Source: an uncultured Enterobacteriaceae bacterium
GTDB lineage: Bacteria > Pseudomonadota > Gammaproteobacteria > Eutrophobiales > Eutrophobiaceae
Direction: 5' to 3'
DNA: 51,738 nt
NCBI GenBank assembly: GCA_964402775.1
Contig: CAYOEQ010000002.1
Location: 1-51,738 of the forward strand
The position numbers were made by a program, and so were the translations under genes. Positions 29,105 through 44,933 of the stretch are shown here, in pieces (positions within the stretch are counted from its first letter, which is position 1; each line of letters opens with the position of its first letter). Below the pieces are notes generated by a model that saw nothing but the letters and a program-made list of their open reading frames with translations, made no database searches and was not told the DNA's origin.

Positions 29105-29795
29105 CCGGAGATATTATTTTCAATGCCGCACTTGCCGCCGCCTGTTCCGCGTCCCTCTTGTTCCTGCCTTTTGCCACGACCGGCCCGGCAATACCGTCAA
29201 TACGGCATTCTATGGTAAACATCCTGTTATGCGCTTCACCTTCTTCTGCTACGACATGGTAGGCAGGCAGTGATTTTTTATTGGCCTGCAGGTATTCCTG
29301 CAGTTCGGATTTCGGGTCTTTCGGAATATTCTCGATGGTTAACTCATCCAGCAGACAGGCGTACAGGGCCAGGATGAAGCTGCGGCAGTTTTCCAGGTCG
29401 GAATCCAGGTAAACTGCTCCCATCAACGCTTCCATGGCGTTGGAAAGGAGCGACTTTTTTTGCCATCCACCGCTTTTGTGCTCGCCGATTCCGAATTTTA
29501 TATGGCTGCCAAGGTCCAGTTGCCTTGCAAGTCGCGCGAGCGTTTCCTTGTTGACCAGGGATGAACGCAGCCGCGTCAGGTCGCTTTCCGCAGCCTCCGG
29601 GAATTTCGCAAACAGCGCATCGGCAATGAACATGCCGAGCAAGGCATCACCGAGGAATTCAAGCCTTTCGTTGTGGTTCCTGCTGAAACTCCGGTGTGTC
29701 AATGCCTTGTTCAATAATTCGGCATCGCGAAATTCATATCCCAGGACATTCCTGATATGCAGGTTTAAATCCTTATCTGTGCCCACGTGCGCCAT
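29088..29795 (-). CDS. rnc: Ribonuclease III
   Basis: ALTHRS and NERLEFLGDA. I prefer ATG 29795, which lies 7 nt after the lepB stop, over 29858. Confidence 0.93.
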   Translation of the reverse strand: MAHVGTDKDLNLHIRNVLGYEFRDAELLNKALTHRSFSRNHNERLEFLGDALLGMFIADALFAKFPEAAESDLTRLRSSLVNKETLARLARQLDLGSHIKFGIGEHKSGGWQKKSLLSNAMEALMGAVYLDSDLENCRSFILALYACLLDELTIENIPKDPKSELQEYLQANKKSLPAYHVVAEEGEAHNRMFTIECRIDGIAGPVVAKGRNKRDAEQAAASAALKIISPDADQS

Positions 29796-29802
29796 TTGGG
29801 GA

Positions 29803-30606
29803 TTACTGTATCGCAGACCCGATGCGCTCCCAGTCCATGTCCCAGCTCCCCGGGTCAAGGATGCTGTCGTTGCTCCAGTTCATCCAGATGTAAAATGCCC
29901 TGCCCACGAGATTTTCGTCCGGAACCAGGCCCCAGTAGCGGCTGTCCCTGCTGTTGTCACGGTTGTCGCCCAGGACAAAATAATGCCCTTCCGGTATTTT
30001 TTGGTCAATCTCAACAGACGAAAGCTGCAAGGGGTTGATTAATATATCGTGTTTGAGTTTACCCAGTTGTTCTTCCACGAGGTATGAACCGTTCTCTCTC
30101 CTGCCTACTCCATCACTGTGATAAACCCCTTTGAGAGCGAGTCCGATTTGCGCGCCGTTTATTATCAGGTTTTTGTCCTTGTACTGCAGGCGATCGCCCG
30201 GCACGCCCACTACCCGCTTGATAAACGGCACTGCGGGGTCTTCAGGATACCGGAAGACGATGATGTCGCCGCGTTGCGGTTCCCCGCTACCGAACACCTT
30301 GGTGTTCAGCACCGGCAGGCGGATGCCGTAATCGTACTTGTTGACCAGGATGAAATCGCCTCTTAACAGTGTCGGCATCATGGAAGCGGAAGGTATCCGA
30401 AATGGTTCGACGATAAATGAACGCAGGATCAATACGATGAGAAAAACGGGGAAAAGTGAACGGGCATAATCGACGATCCACGGTTCAGTGCGTTCATCGC
30501 CGGTGGGAGGTTTCCTGTTACGGGCAAAAAACATGGCATCAATCGCCCAGATTATGCCGCTGACAGCGGTAAGCAATACCAGCAGGCCGGCGAGATCAAA
30601 GGTCAT
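29803..30606 (-). CDS. lepB: Signal peptidase I
   Basis: SASMMPTL and [14 protein letters not shown]. Confidence 0.94.
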   Translation of the reverse strand: MTFDLAGLLVLLTAVSGIIWAIDAMFFARNRKPPTGDERTEPWIVDYARSLFPVFLIVLILRSFIVEPFRIPSASMMPTLLRGDFILVNKYDYGIRLPVLNTKVFGSGEPQRGDIIVFRYPEDPAVPFIKRVVGVPGDRLQYKDKNLIINGAQIGLALKGVYHSDGVGRRENGSYLVEEQLGKLKHDILINPLQLSSVEIDQKIPEGHYFVLGDNRDNSRDSRYWGLVPDENLVGRAFYIWMNWSNDSILDPGSWDMDWERIGSAIQ

Positions 30607-32399
30607 TGCTCACCTCCGACATCGAGAATCGCCATGAACGCGGATTGTGGTATTTCCACCGAGCCCAGTTGTTTCATTCGTTTCTTTCCCGCCTTTTGTT
30701 TTTCCAGCAGTTTTCTCTTGCGCGTCACGTCACCGCCATAACACTTGGCCGTAACGTTCTTGCGCAACGCCTTGACGGATTCCCTGGCGATGATTTTTGA
30801 TCCTATGGCTGCCTGTATCGCCACCTCGTACATCTGCCGGGGCACAAGCTGTTTCATTTTGGCCGCCAGTTCACGCCCGCGTCGTTGCGCAAGGTCCCTG
30901 TGTACGATACTCGACAAGGCATCCACCCTGTCTCCATTGATCAACACGTCCAGTTTCACAAGTGGCGCTTCATTATAGCGTTCAAAGTGATAATCAAAGG
31001 AGGCATATCCCTTGCTGACCGATTTCAGCCTGTCAAAAAAATCCAGCACGATCTCACTCAGGGGCAGTTCGTATGATACGGATACCTGGCGCCCCGCAAA
31101 GTGCAGCTTCTTCTGCCGCCCTCTTTTCTCGATACAAAGGGAGATCACGTTGCCGAGGTATTGCTGTGGAGTCAGTATATCAGCATGGACCATGGGTTCC
31201 CGAACCGCAGCCAGTTTGTCCGTTCCAGGCAGGTCTGCCGGATTGTCGAGATATATTCTTGAACCGGAGGTGGTATCGACTTCATAGACTACGGTAGGGG
31301 CCGTTGTAATCAGGCTCATGCCATACTCGCGCTCCAGACGTTCCTGGACAATTTCCATGTGCAGCATGCCCAGAAAACCGCAACGGAAGCCGAATCCCAG
31401 GGCCTGGGAGGTTTCAGGCTCGAAATAGAGCGCGGCGTCATTCAATTTCAGCTTGGCAAGCGCTTCGCGGAAGTCTTCAAAATCACCGGAATCGATGGGA
31501 AACATGCCGGCAAATACGCGGGGTTTGGCAGGCTGGAAGCCGGGCAGCGGCTGTTCTGCAGGCCGTTTGCCGGATGTAATGGTGTCGCCGACGGGCGCTC
31601 CAAGAATTTCCTTGATCCCGGCGACCACATAGCCGACCTCGCCTGTAGCAAGGCAGGTTGCGGGGGTTCTTTTGGGGGTGAACGAGCCTACTCCATCAAC
31701 AATGTAATCCTGTCCGGTTGAGAATATCCTGATCCTGTCCCCGACGCTCAGGCTGCCCTCGATTACGCGTACCAGGGAAATTACTCCCAGGTAATTGTCA
31801 AACCAGGAATCGATGATCAAGGCAGTCATCGGCGCGTCGGCATCTCCCCGCGGAGGGGGTATACGCTCTATAATGGCGCTGAGCAGGTCGTCCAGGCCGG
31901 CTCCTGTCTTGGCGCTGACCATGATGGCATCTTTTGCATCAATCCCTATCAACTCCTCTATATCCAGTATGGCTTTTTCCGGGTCGGCAGCAGGCAGGTC
32001 AATCTTGTTCAATACCGGCACTACTTCCAGTCCGTTGTCGATTGCCGCAAAACAATTGGCTACCGTCTGCGCCTCTACACTCTGGGAACAATCCACGACC
32101 AGCAGGGCGCCTTCACAGGCGGACAGGGAACGGGAAACTTCATAACTGAAATCAACGTGGCCGGGCGTGTCGATGATATTCAACTGGTACACGTTGCCGT
32201 CATGGTGCGGGTAATCCAGGCGCACGCTCTGGGATTTGATGGTAATACCGCGTTCCTTTTCCAGGTCCATGGAATCCAGCACCTGCGCGGACATTTCCCG
32301 CTCACTCAGACCTCCGCATATCTGGATGAACCGATCCGCAAGGGTGGATTTGCCGTGGTCTATGTGCGCGATAATCGAAAAGTTTCTGATCCGCTCCAT
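30603..32399 (-). CDS. lepA: Elongation factor 4
   Basis: [20 protein letters not shown] and NKID. Confidence 0.97.
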   Translation of the reverse strand: MERIRNFSIIAHIDHGKSTLADRFIQICGGLSEREMSAQVLDSMDLEKERGITIKSQSVRLDYPHHDGNVYQLNIIDTPGHVDFSYEVSRSLSACEGALLVVDCSQSVEAQTVANCFAAIDNGLEVVPVLNKIDLPAADPEKAILDIEELIGIDAKDAIMVSAKTGAGLDDLLSAIIERIPPPRGDADAPMTALIIDSWFDNYLGVISLVRVIEGSLSVGDRIRIFSTGQDYIVDGVGSFTPKRTPATCLATGEVGYVVAGIKEILGAPVGDTITSGKRPAEQPLPGFQPAKPRVFAGMFPIDSGDFEDFREALAKLKLNDAALYFEPETSQALGFGFRCGFLGMLHMEIVQERLEREYGMSLITTAPTVVYEVDTTSGSRIYLDNPADLPGTDKLAAVREPMVHADILTPQQYLGNVISLCIEKRGRQKKLHFAGRQVSVSYELPLSEIVLDFFDRLKSVSKGYASFDYHFERYNEAPLVKLDVLINGDRVDALSSIVHRDLAQRRGRELAAKMKQLVPRQMYEVAIQAAIGSKIIARESVKALRKNVTAKCYGGDVTRKRKLLEKQKAGKKRMKQLGSVEIPQSAFMAILDVGGEQ

Positions 32400-32439
32400 A
32401 TAAACTGTGCTGTCGAGTATCCGGATCAGCCGAATATAC

Positions 32440-33870
32440 TTATTCGTCTTCGTCGCCGGCCAGTTTGAATGCCAGGAAGGTGGGCGCGCCGCGTCGTTGT
32501 ATCAGTAATGGGATTGGACGATCGCGCGGCAGGCCGGCAAGGATATCCTCAAACTGTGAAACGCTTTCAACATCCATATTGTTTATCATCAGAAGCACGT
32601 CACCCTTACGAATTCCCGCCTCGCTGCCCGGCCCTTCCATTACTTGTTCCACGATAATCCCCTGCGCGGGCAATTCCAGCCTTTTTCTCTGCTCCGCAGT
32701 CAATTCCCGCACCACGATCTTCATTTCGTTGGCCGCCGGAGCCGGCGAACCGGGCTTCTCAGCGCTTGCCATGCTGTCCTGTTCAGGCAGTTCTGCAATC
32801 AGCACTTTCAGTTTTTTCCGTGTGCCGCCCCGGATAATCTCCAGCGGCACGCTGGTGTTGACTTTGGTGTTTCCGACCAATGGCGGAAGATCGGATGAAA
32901 AGGCTACCCCGGCGCCGTCATATTCGACGATGATATCGCCTACTTCAATCCCCGCGTTCGCCGCCGGACTATCGTCCAGTACTTTCGCCACCAGTGCTCC
33001 ATGAGGCTTGTCCATGCCGAATGATTCCGCCAGTTCCCGGGTCACGTCCTGTATCAGCACACCGAGCCAGCCGCGACTGACATAACCGGTCTCGCGCAAC
33101 TGCGAATATACATTGTTGACGACGTCTATGGGCACAGCAAAAGACAGCCCCATAAATCCGCCGGTACGGCTGTATATCTGCGAGTTCACACCGATTACTT
33201 CGCCTTCCAGGTTAAACAGGGGGCCGCCGGAATTGCCGGGATTGATGGCGACGTCGGTCTGGATGAATGGAACGTAGTTTTCATTGGGCAGACTTCTCCC
33301 AATCGCGCTGATGATCCCCTGGGTGACCGAGTAGTCAAAACCAAACGGAGAACCGATTGCCAGCACCCATTCCCCGACCTTCAAATCGGCTGAACTGCCC
33401 CGCTTGACCACAGGCAGTTTATTTCCCTCGACCTTCAGTACGGCGATGTCACTGCGCCTGTCCGTTCCGACGATTTCGGCGACAAATTCTCTGCGGTCGT
33501 TCAGTCTCACGATGATTTCATCGGCATCGGCAACTACGTGGCTGTTGGTAATGACATAACCGTCCTCTGAAATGATGAAGCCGGACCCGAGAGATGCCGC
33601 CTTTCTGGGCGTTCCCGGGTTATCGGGCGCCTGTTCTTCGAAAAACTTGCGGAAAAAGTCATGAAACGGGCTGTCCTCAGGCAAATCCGGAACAATTGAC
33701 CGTCCGGATGATCCCGGATTGTCTTTCCTGGACGTCGTACTGATATTAACGACCGCCGCAGAGTTCTCCTGTACCATTCCGGTAAAGTCCGGCAGTGAAT
33801 CCGCGCCGGCAGTTCCGGCAATGCAGAACAGGAGTAACGGCAATACCAATCCGGCCCTTATTGTATTCAT
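32440..33870 (-). CDS. mucD: Periplasmic serine endoprotease DegP/MucD family
   Basis: Signal peptide, the trypsin-fold catalytic GNSGGPL, and two PDZ-like repeats. It lies downstream of rpoE-rseA. Confidence 0.9.
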   Translation of the reverse strand: MNTIRAGLVLPLLLFCIAGTAGADSLPDFTGMVQENSAAVVNISTTSRKDNPGSSGRSIVPDLPEDSPFHDFFRKFFEEQAPDNPGTPRKAASLGSGFIISEDGYVITNSHVVADADEIIVRLNDRREFVAEIVGTDRRSDIAVLKVEGNKLPVVKRGSSADLKVGEWVLAIGSPFGFDYSVTQGIISAIGRSLPNENYVPFIQTDVAINPGNSGGPLFNLEGEVIGVNSQIYSRTGGFMGLSFAVPIDVVNNVYSQLRETGYVSRGWLGVLIQDVTRELAESFGMDKPHGALVAKVLDDSPAANAGIEVGDIIVEYDGAGVAFSSDLPPLVGNTKVNTSVPLEIIRGGTRKKLKVLIAELPEQDSMASAEKPGSPAPAANEMKIVVRELTAEQRKRLELPAQGIIVEQVMEGPGSEAGIRKGDVLLMINNMDVESVSQFEDILAGLPRDRPIPLLIQRRGAPTFLAFKLAGDEDE

Positions 33871-34421
33871 GGGCAGTTCACCCCGGACTGTGCCTCCTGT
33901 GCTTCATTTCTGTCTGCCTGTTGCCCTTTGTCCGGGGCCGGGCGGCCGTTTTCTCCCGGCTTCCCGTTACATTCGGAGGTGATATTGCCGCTGCCTGTGC
34001 TTACCTGGCGCACCGGGGCATGGACGCTTCCATTGCCGCCGCCGGGTATGGATTGCACCAGGGGGGGCTGCGATATTTCATGGGGGGCGCCCGGTTGTTG
34101 CTGTTGTATGCCGAAAATGGCCAGTGCGGCAACCGAGGCGGCTATGGCAAAGCCGGCAGCAGGTTTTACGAATGAACGGGAAAGACCTCCAGGAGCGACA
34201 ATGGCAGGTTCCTGACGAATGGATTTGGAAATCTTCCCTGCCAGCCCCCTGTCCAGGTGTTCCGGAAGATTACGTTTCAGACAGTCAGAAACCAGGTGGT
34301 AACGGGACCAGGTATCCAACAGTTCAGGGTCTTTCAGTATCTGCTCGACCTGGTTTTTTTGCAGGTCGTCAATCTCATCATCCATGAAGGCAGACAACTG
34401 TTCTTTCTTTGTTTCGTTCAT
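33867..34421 (-). CDS. rseA: Anti-sigma-E factor (RseA/MucA-like)
   Basis: The N-terminal LSAFMDDE....W.RYHLVSD pattern, one transmembrane segment (AAGFAIAASVAALAIFGI) and a short periplasmic tail. Confidence 0.75.
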   Translation of the reverse strand: MNETKKEQLSAFMDDEIDDLQKNQVEQILKDPELLDTWSRYHLVSDCLKRNLPEHLDRGLAGKISKSIRQEPAIVAPGGLSRSFVKPAAGFAIAASVAALAIFGIQQQQPGAPHEISQPPLVQSIPGGGNGSVHAPVRQVSTGSGNITSECNGKPGENGRPAPDKGQQADRNEAQEAQSGVNCP

Positions 34422-34425
34422 AAAA

Positions 34426-35004
34426 TCAGTCGATAAGTAAAGGTTTCAATTGTTTATCCACCGCCTCCCTGGCACGAAAAATCCGTGACCGCACCGTGCC
34501 GACGGGACACGCCATTACCGTAGCGATTTCCTCATAGCTCAGCCCGTCTATTTCACGCAGGGTAATTGCCGAGCGCAAATCTGCCGGTAACTCTTCAATT
34601 GCTCTTATTATAGTCTCTTGAAGTTCGTGTGTAAGCAGCAAGCGCTCCGGGGTCGTCTGTTCCCTTAGAGTGCCGCTGTGGCCGATTTGTTCCATTTCAT
34701 CAAAATCTGAAGCCGTATCGAAGGGTTGGCGCGCTCTTGTAGCCAGGTAATTCTTTGCCGTATTTACCGCGATTCGGTAAATCCAGGTATAGAATGCGCT
34801 ATCGCCCCTGAATTTTGGCAAAGCGCGATATGCCTTGATGAAAGCTTCCTGGGCAACGTCGCCGGCATCACTGGGGTCATGGACAAAACGGGATATCAGG
34901 TTCAAAATCCTGCCCTGATATTTCAGCACGAGAGCATCGAACGCTTTCCTGTCTCCACGCTTTACCCGTTCTACGAGTATTTCGTCGGATATGTTATGAG
35001 CCAT
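34426..35004 (-). CDS. rpoE: ECF sigma factor sigma-E (RpoE/AlgU)
   Basis: Region 2 FYTWIYRIAVNTAKNY and region 4 SYEEIATVMACPVGTVRSRIFRAREA. It is divergent from nadB as in E. coli. Confidence 0.95.
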   Translation of the reverse strand: MAHNISDEILVERVKRGDRKAFDALVLKYQGRILNLISRFVHDPSDAGDVAQEAFIKAYRALPKFRGDSAFYTWIYRIAVNTAKNYLATRARQPFDTASDFDEMEQIGHSGTLREQTTPERLLLTHELQETIIRAIEELPADLRSAITLREIDGLSYEEIATVMACPVGTVRSRIFRAREAVDKQLKPLLID

Positions 35005-35121
35005 GTCAATATTAACTGGAAAGGGTACTGATTGCCGGATGATGAGAAATTCCTGAGCAGAGTTTCCTTAAGTACAAGCAAATAACCTATTATATTATCC
35101 CAGCCTGTATATTGCACGTAT

Positions 35122-36696
35122 ATGATTAACGATCAGCACCATTCCGATGTTTTGATAATCGGTAGCGGAGCATCCGGTTTGAGCCTGGCTTTGCAACTGG
35201 CCCGCCATGCGCATGTCACGGTGATTTCCAAGGCGGACCTGAAAGAGGGGGCGACATTCTATGCCCAGGGCGGCGTATCGGCAGTCCTGCATGCCAGGGA
35301 TTCAGTCGAATCCCACATTGATGACACGATTGGGACCGGATGTGGTTTATGCGATCCTGACGTGGTCAGGTTTGTTGTGGAAAACGGTAGAAAGAGCATT
35401 GACTGGTTGATTGATCTGGGAGTCAATTTCACACGGTTTCCCGATTCAGGCGGTCAGGAGTATCACTTGCACCAGGAAGGCGGGCACAGCCACCGGCGCG
35501 TCCTGCATGCGGCGGATTCTACGGGCAAGGCGATCGAGAACACACTTGAGAGTTGCACCCGCTCCCACGAAAACATCGAACTGTTCGAATTCCATACCAG
35601 CCTCGATCTCATCATCAGGGACGGCCGCTGTGTCGGCGCCTATGTGTACGACCAGGAGCGGGACCGGGTGAGAGTTTTCAAATCACGGTTTACTGTGCTG
35701 GCCACCGGCGGAGCCGGCAAGGTGTACCTGTATACCAGCAACCCGGATATATGCACCGGCGACGGCATAGCCATGGCCTGGCGCGCAGGATGCAGGGTTG
35801 CCAACATGGAGTTTGTCCAGTTTCATCCGACCTGCCTGTATCACCAGGAAGCAAAATCATTTTTAATCTCCGAAGCGTTACGTGGTGAAGGGGCGAATTT
35901 GTTGCTTCCCGACGGATCACGCTTCATGAAAAGGTTCGACTCGCGGGGAGAACTGGCGCCCAGGGACGTCGTGGCGCGGGCCATTGATCATGAGATGAAA
36001 CGCCTGGGCAGTGAATTCGTCTATCTCGATATCAGCCACAAGGGCAAGGACTTCATCATTGACCACTTTCCGACGATATATGCACGTTGCATACAGTACG
36101 GCTTTGACATTACCAGGGAACCCGTACCGGTAGTGCCTGCCGCGCACTACACCTGTGGCGGTGTGATCATTGATAAAAACGGGCGAACTGATGTCGATTC
36201 GCTGTATGCAATCGGCGAGGTATCCTGTTCAGGCCTCCACGGCGCAAACCGCATGGCGAGCAATTCATTACTGGAGTGCGTGGTATTCGCCCATTCAACC
36301 TGCAAGGATATTCACCGCCAACTCGAGCGGAAAGCCCACCCCGCCATGCTGCCTGAGTGGGATGAAAGCCGGGTTACGGATTCGGATGAAGAAGTCGTGG
36401 TCTCCCACAACTGGGATGAGGTCCGCCGTTTCATGTGGGACTATGTCGGCATTGTGCGTACCGACAAACGCCTGCAACGGGCCAAACACCGGATCAAACT
36501 TCTCCAGGATGAGATCCATGAATACTACGGCAATTTCCGTATCAACAACGACCTGATAGAGTTGCGCAACCTGTCCCTGGTAGCCGACCTGATTGTTGAG
36601 TCGGCCTTGCGCCGCAAGGAAAGTCGGGGGTTGCACTACACCCTCGACTACCCGGCGTCAAGTCAGGCCATAAAGACTGTCCTGCAACCGGAATAG
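35122..36696 (+). CDS. nadB: L-aspartate oxidase
   Basis: FAD motif [13 protein letters not shown] and the succinate dehydrogenase/fumarate reductase flavoprotein fold. Confidence 0.95.
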   Translation: MINDQHHSDVLIIGSGASGLSLALQLARHAHVTVISKADLKEGATFYAQGGVSAVLHARDSVESHIDDTIGTGCGLCDPDVVRFVVENGRKSIDWLIDLGVNFTRFPDSGGQEYHLHQEGGHSHRRVLHAADSTGKAIENTLESCTRSHENIELFEFHTSLDLIIRDGRCVGAYVYDQERDRVRVFKSRFTVLATGGAGKVYLYTSNPDICTGDGIAMAWRAGCRVANMEFVQFHPTCLYHQEAKSFLISEALRGEGANLLLPDGSRFMKRFDSRGELAPRDVVARAIDHEMKRLGSEFVYLDISHKGKDFIIDHFPTIYARCIQYGFDITREPVPVVPAAHYTCGGVIIDKNGRTDVDSLYAIGEVSCSGLHGANRMASNSLLECVVFAHSTCKDIHRQLERKAHPAMLPEWDESRVTDSDEEVVVSHNWDEVRRFMWDYVGIVRTDKRLQRAKHRIKLLQDEIHEYYGNFRINNDLIELRNLSLVADLIVESALRRKESRGLHYTLDYPASSQAIKTVLQPE

Positions 36697-36723
36697 AGAC
36701 AATGGGGACGGATTTAAATCCGT
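36696..36723. repeat. Copy of a ~28-nt dispersed palindromic repeat (gagacaa[t/c]ggggacggatttaaa[a]tccgt)
   Basis: It matches 49547-49575 with one mismatch and one 1-nt indel. It starts on the last base of the nadB stop codon. Confidence 0.85.
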
Positions 36724-36756
36724 TCGTCATTCCTGCTTTCGCAGGAATGACGAACG
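36721..36756. terminator. Perfect 16-bp hairpin between convergent nadB and ligA (candidate bidirectional terminator)
   Basis: cgttcgtcattcctgc-tttc-gcaggaatgacgaacg. There is no clear U-run on either side, so its function as a terminator is inferred from position only. Confidence 0.5.
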
Positions 36757-36765
36757 GAGCGCGAT

Positions 36766-42311
<5,546 letters not shown>

Positions 42312-42518
42312 GAGTTATAACCATACCGTTTAGCACAGAAATATACAAGTAAGGCGCCGGAAAAAATGCGAATCAAAAACTTTATATTATAGTTTAATAC
42401 TATGCTTTATCTAGTTAATATAATTAAAATTTTATATTAAATATAAAGTAACATGTTAGACATGGCATTTCCAAAATTGATATATTGGAACCTCTGACCC
42501 GGATGATTGAGGAGAAGC

Positions 42519-42908
42519 ATGACGACAACACCATCCAAAAAACTGGATACTTTTACTAATCCGGAGCCCGGCCGTGATTATACTATCAGCATAAAACTGC
42601 CTGAGTTTACCTGTCTGTGTCCAATGACAGGCCAGCCTGACTTTGCTACCCTGGATCTTCGCTATGTTCCGGACCGGTTGTGCGTAGAACTGAAGTCGCT
42701 CAAACTCTATATCTGGTCATTCCGGGATGAAGGCGCGTTCCATGAAGCGGTAACCAACCGGATACTGTCAGATATGGTAGATGCCATTGCTCCCAGGTTT
42801 ATGAGAATAACTGCTGATTTCAACGTGCGCGGCGGGATTTACACGTCAGTAACGGCAGAGCATAGAAAGGATGGCTGGCGCAGTCCCGAAGTCGTGACAC
42901 TGCCCTGA
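42519..42908 (+). CDS. queF: NADPH-dependent 7-cyano-7-deazaguanine reductase, unimodular type
   Basis: [11 protein letters not shown] and [11 protein letters not shown] 42519 is preceded by GAGGAG; the ORF track begins at TTG 42507. Confidence 0.9.
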   Translation: MTTTPSKKLDTFTNPEPGRDYTISIKLPEFTCLCPMTGQPDFATLDLRYVPDRLCVELKSLKLYIWSFRDEGAFHEAVTNRILSDMVDAIAPRFMRITADFNVRGGIYTSVTAEHRKDGWRSPEVVTLP

Positions 42909-42982
42909 TATTGCAGCAAATACCTGAAAGACATTGACACGAAGTAATAATATGGTTTCAAATAAGCAAACGGACTGTATGT

Positions 42983-43462
42983 ATGCGCAAGAGAAGCGCA
43001 ATAAAGAGCGGTACGGTAAAGAATGAAATGAAAAACGTCGCTACGGGGGAGCAATCCCCCAATACAAGGCCGATGAGCAGAAAGGCAGCGGCAGGAGAAT
43101 ACATGAATCCTGCCCAGGTCGAGCACTTCCGCGAGATGCTGACTGATTGGAAACAGGCCCTGATGGAGGAAGTAGAGCGAACCGTGCACCACATGCAGGA
43201 TGAGGCATCCAATTTTCCCGACCCCAACGATCGGGCCACCCAGGAAGAGGAGTTTGCCCTTGAGTTAAGAACGCGGGACCGCGAACGGAAACTCATCAAA
43301 AAAATCAACGAGTCGTTGATGATGCTGGATTCAGGTGATTATGGCTATTGCGAAATTTGCGGGGGAGAGATCGGAATTCAGCGTCTTGAAGCAAGACCGA
43401 CGGCAACCCTGTGCATTGACTGTAAAACACTGGATGAAATCAAGGAACGCCAGATGGGGTGA
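42983..43462 (+). CDS. dksA: RNA polymerase-binding transcription factor DksA
   Basis: FPDPNDRATQEEE coiled-coil tip and the C4 zinc finger CEICGGEI...CIDC. The start is uncertain (42983 or 43028). Confidence 0.92.
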   Translation: MRKRSAIKSGTVKNEMKNVATGEQSPNTRPMSRKAAAGEYMNPAQVEHFREMLTDWKQALMEEVERTVHHMQDEASNFPDPNDRATQEEEFALELRTRDRERKLIKKINESLMMLDSGDYGYCEICGGEIGIQRLEARPTATLCIDCKTLDEIKERQMG

Positions 43463-43478
43463 CCCTGGGGCAGGAGCA

Positions 43479-44933
43479 CTAGCGCTCTTTCCACTCAGGG
43501 GCGACCAGCCGGCGGCGCCCGTCAACCGATAATTTAATACCCGGCTCATCAAGTTGCAGCCTGTCCCATAACTGGCAGGTCACCTGCTTGTGTTTCGTGT
43601 CCAGTCCTTCGCAGTAATTGGTATATTCACACACTCTTACCTGATCTCCCTTGCCGAGTCTCAGCTTGAGATACCAGTCGGGGTCCGCAAGGCTCTGGCG
43701 GGCGGCGCCTATGATATCCGCCCTGCCCTCGCGGAGCAGGCTCTCAGCCTGTTGAAATCCGTGGATGCCGCCGATGACGACCAGGGGTGTGGTAAAACCC
43801 GACCCGTTGACGGCAGCCTTTATGCGGGCAACGGGATCGACGTTTCTGCCGAACGGGCCGGTTTCATCGGATATATAACCAGGCATGCATTCATACCCGC
43901 TGCGCCCCGTATAGGGATACGCCGCCCAGCCGATTTGCGGTTGTTTGGCATCGTCAAATTTGCCGCCGCGTGAGAGAGACAGGAAATCCATGCCGGCCCC
44001 GGCAAATTCGACCGCATAATAAGCGGCATCCTCGACAGTACTGCCTCCGTCGATGCACTCATCGGACAGGAAACGGCAGCCTGTGCAATAATCGGCGCCG
44101 ACAACGTCGCGTACATGCCGGAAAACCTCCAGGGGCAGGCGTACGCGGTTTTCCCGGTTGCCGCCATAACCGTCCGTACGGGAATTTGTCGCCGACAGGA
44201 ACGAGGCCATCGTATAAGCATGGGCATAATGGAGTTCGACCCCGTCGATGCCTGCCTCCCGGGCGCGCCTGGCGGCCTGGGCGAACAGTTCGGGCATTGC
44301 CTGCGGCAGGTCTCTTACATGGGGCAGGTGCAGGTCGGTAACCCGCTCCCGGTACCCCACCCGCAGCGCCTCGAGTTCTCTTTCCGTCAGGTTCGCATCC
44401 AGTTCCTCATCCGGGAGACCCGCCAGGTGTGCCCTGACCTGCTCTTCCGGCCAGTCAAAGGCGCCCAGCTTTTCCCGGTGATGGTCGGTGATGGCCAGGA
44501 AACGGGAAAAATACCTGGCCGGATCCGGACGGCGGCGAATGGTGAGAAAGTCGATCACCTGGATCAGCAGGCGGGTTTTCCCGTCGCTGGCAGCTCTCAC
44601 CGTATCAGCAAGCTCCGTCAACCCCGGTATGAACCGGTCGTCGCCGATACGCAGCAACGGCCCGCTGGGGATATCCCGGATACCGGTGGCTTCGATGACG
44701 ATGGCTCCCGGCTGTCCTTTCGCAAAACGTTCATACCAGTCCAGCACGTCATCGGTGACAAACCCGTCCTCGTTGGAACGCCATGGGACCATTGCCGGCA
44801 CCCAGGTGCGTTGCTCAAGGGTAATGGGGCCGAGCCTGACCGGTGAAAACAGCAATGCCGAGCGGGCCTCCTCCGCAGTCGGACTCGGCCCGGGCTGGGG
44901 TTTGTACTTTATTCTTTCAGGGGGCTTCCACAT
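43479..44933 (-). CDS. OYE-family NADH:flavin (FMN) oxidoreductase
   Basis: LFSPVRLGPITLEQRTW.PAMV, GVELHYAHAYTMASFLS and ADIIGAARQSLADPDW. The C-terminal segment holds three Cys (CEYTNYCEGLDTKHKQVTC). Candidate starts at 44933, 44972 and 45035 all overlap the end of the Rieske gene. Confidence 0.8.
   Translation of the reverse strand: MWKPPERIKYKPQPGPSPTAEEARSALLFSPVRLGPITLEQRTWVPAMVPWRSNEDGFVTDDVLDWYERFAKGQPGAIVIEATGIRDIPSGPLLRIGDDRFIPGLTELADTVRAASDGKTRLLIQVIDFLTIRRRPDPARYFSRFLAITDHHREKLGAFDWPEEQVRAHLAGLPDEELDANLTERELEALRVGYRERVTDLHLPHVRDLPQAMPELFAQAARRAREAGIDGVELHYAHAYTMASFLSATNSRTDGYGGNRENRVRLPLEVFRHVRDVVGADYCTGCRFLSDECIDGGSTVEDAAYYAVEFAGAGMDFLSLSRGGKFDDAKQPQIGWAAYPYTGRSGYECMPGYISDETGPFGRNVDPVARIKAAVNGSGFTTPLVVIGGIHGFQQAESLLREGRADIIGAARQSLADPDWYLKLRLGKGDQVRVCEYTNYCEGLDTKHKQVTCQLWDRLQLDEPGIKLSVDGRRRLVAPEWKER

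Noticed and set aside
35005-35121. Sigma-E autoregulated promoter (GGAACTT-N16-TCTGA type) upstream of rpoE
   Set aside because: On the minus strand there is only a GGAAACT element, with no properly spaced -10 TCNAA-like element. That is not convincing enough to annotate.
42312-42518. Possible preQ1 riboswitch upstream of queF
   Set aside because: I could not find the conserved preQ1-I core (a short stem followed by an A-rich tail ending in CUA-G pairing with the SD) or preQ1-II features. The SD GAGGAG appears unpaired. A covariance-model scan would be needed to be sure.
43463-43478. Terminator between convergent dksA and the OYE gene
   Set aside because: Only a weak 5-bp complementarity (ccctg/caggg) is present and there is no U-run, so this is not supportable.
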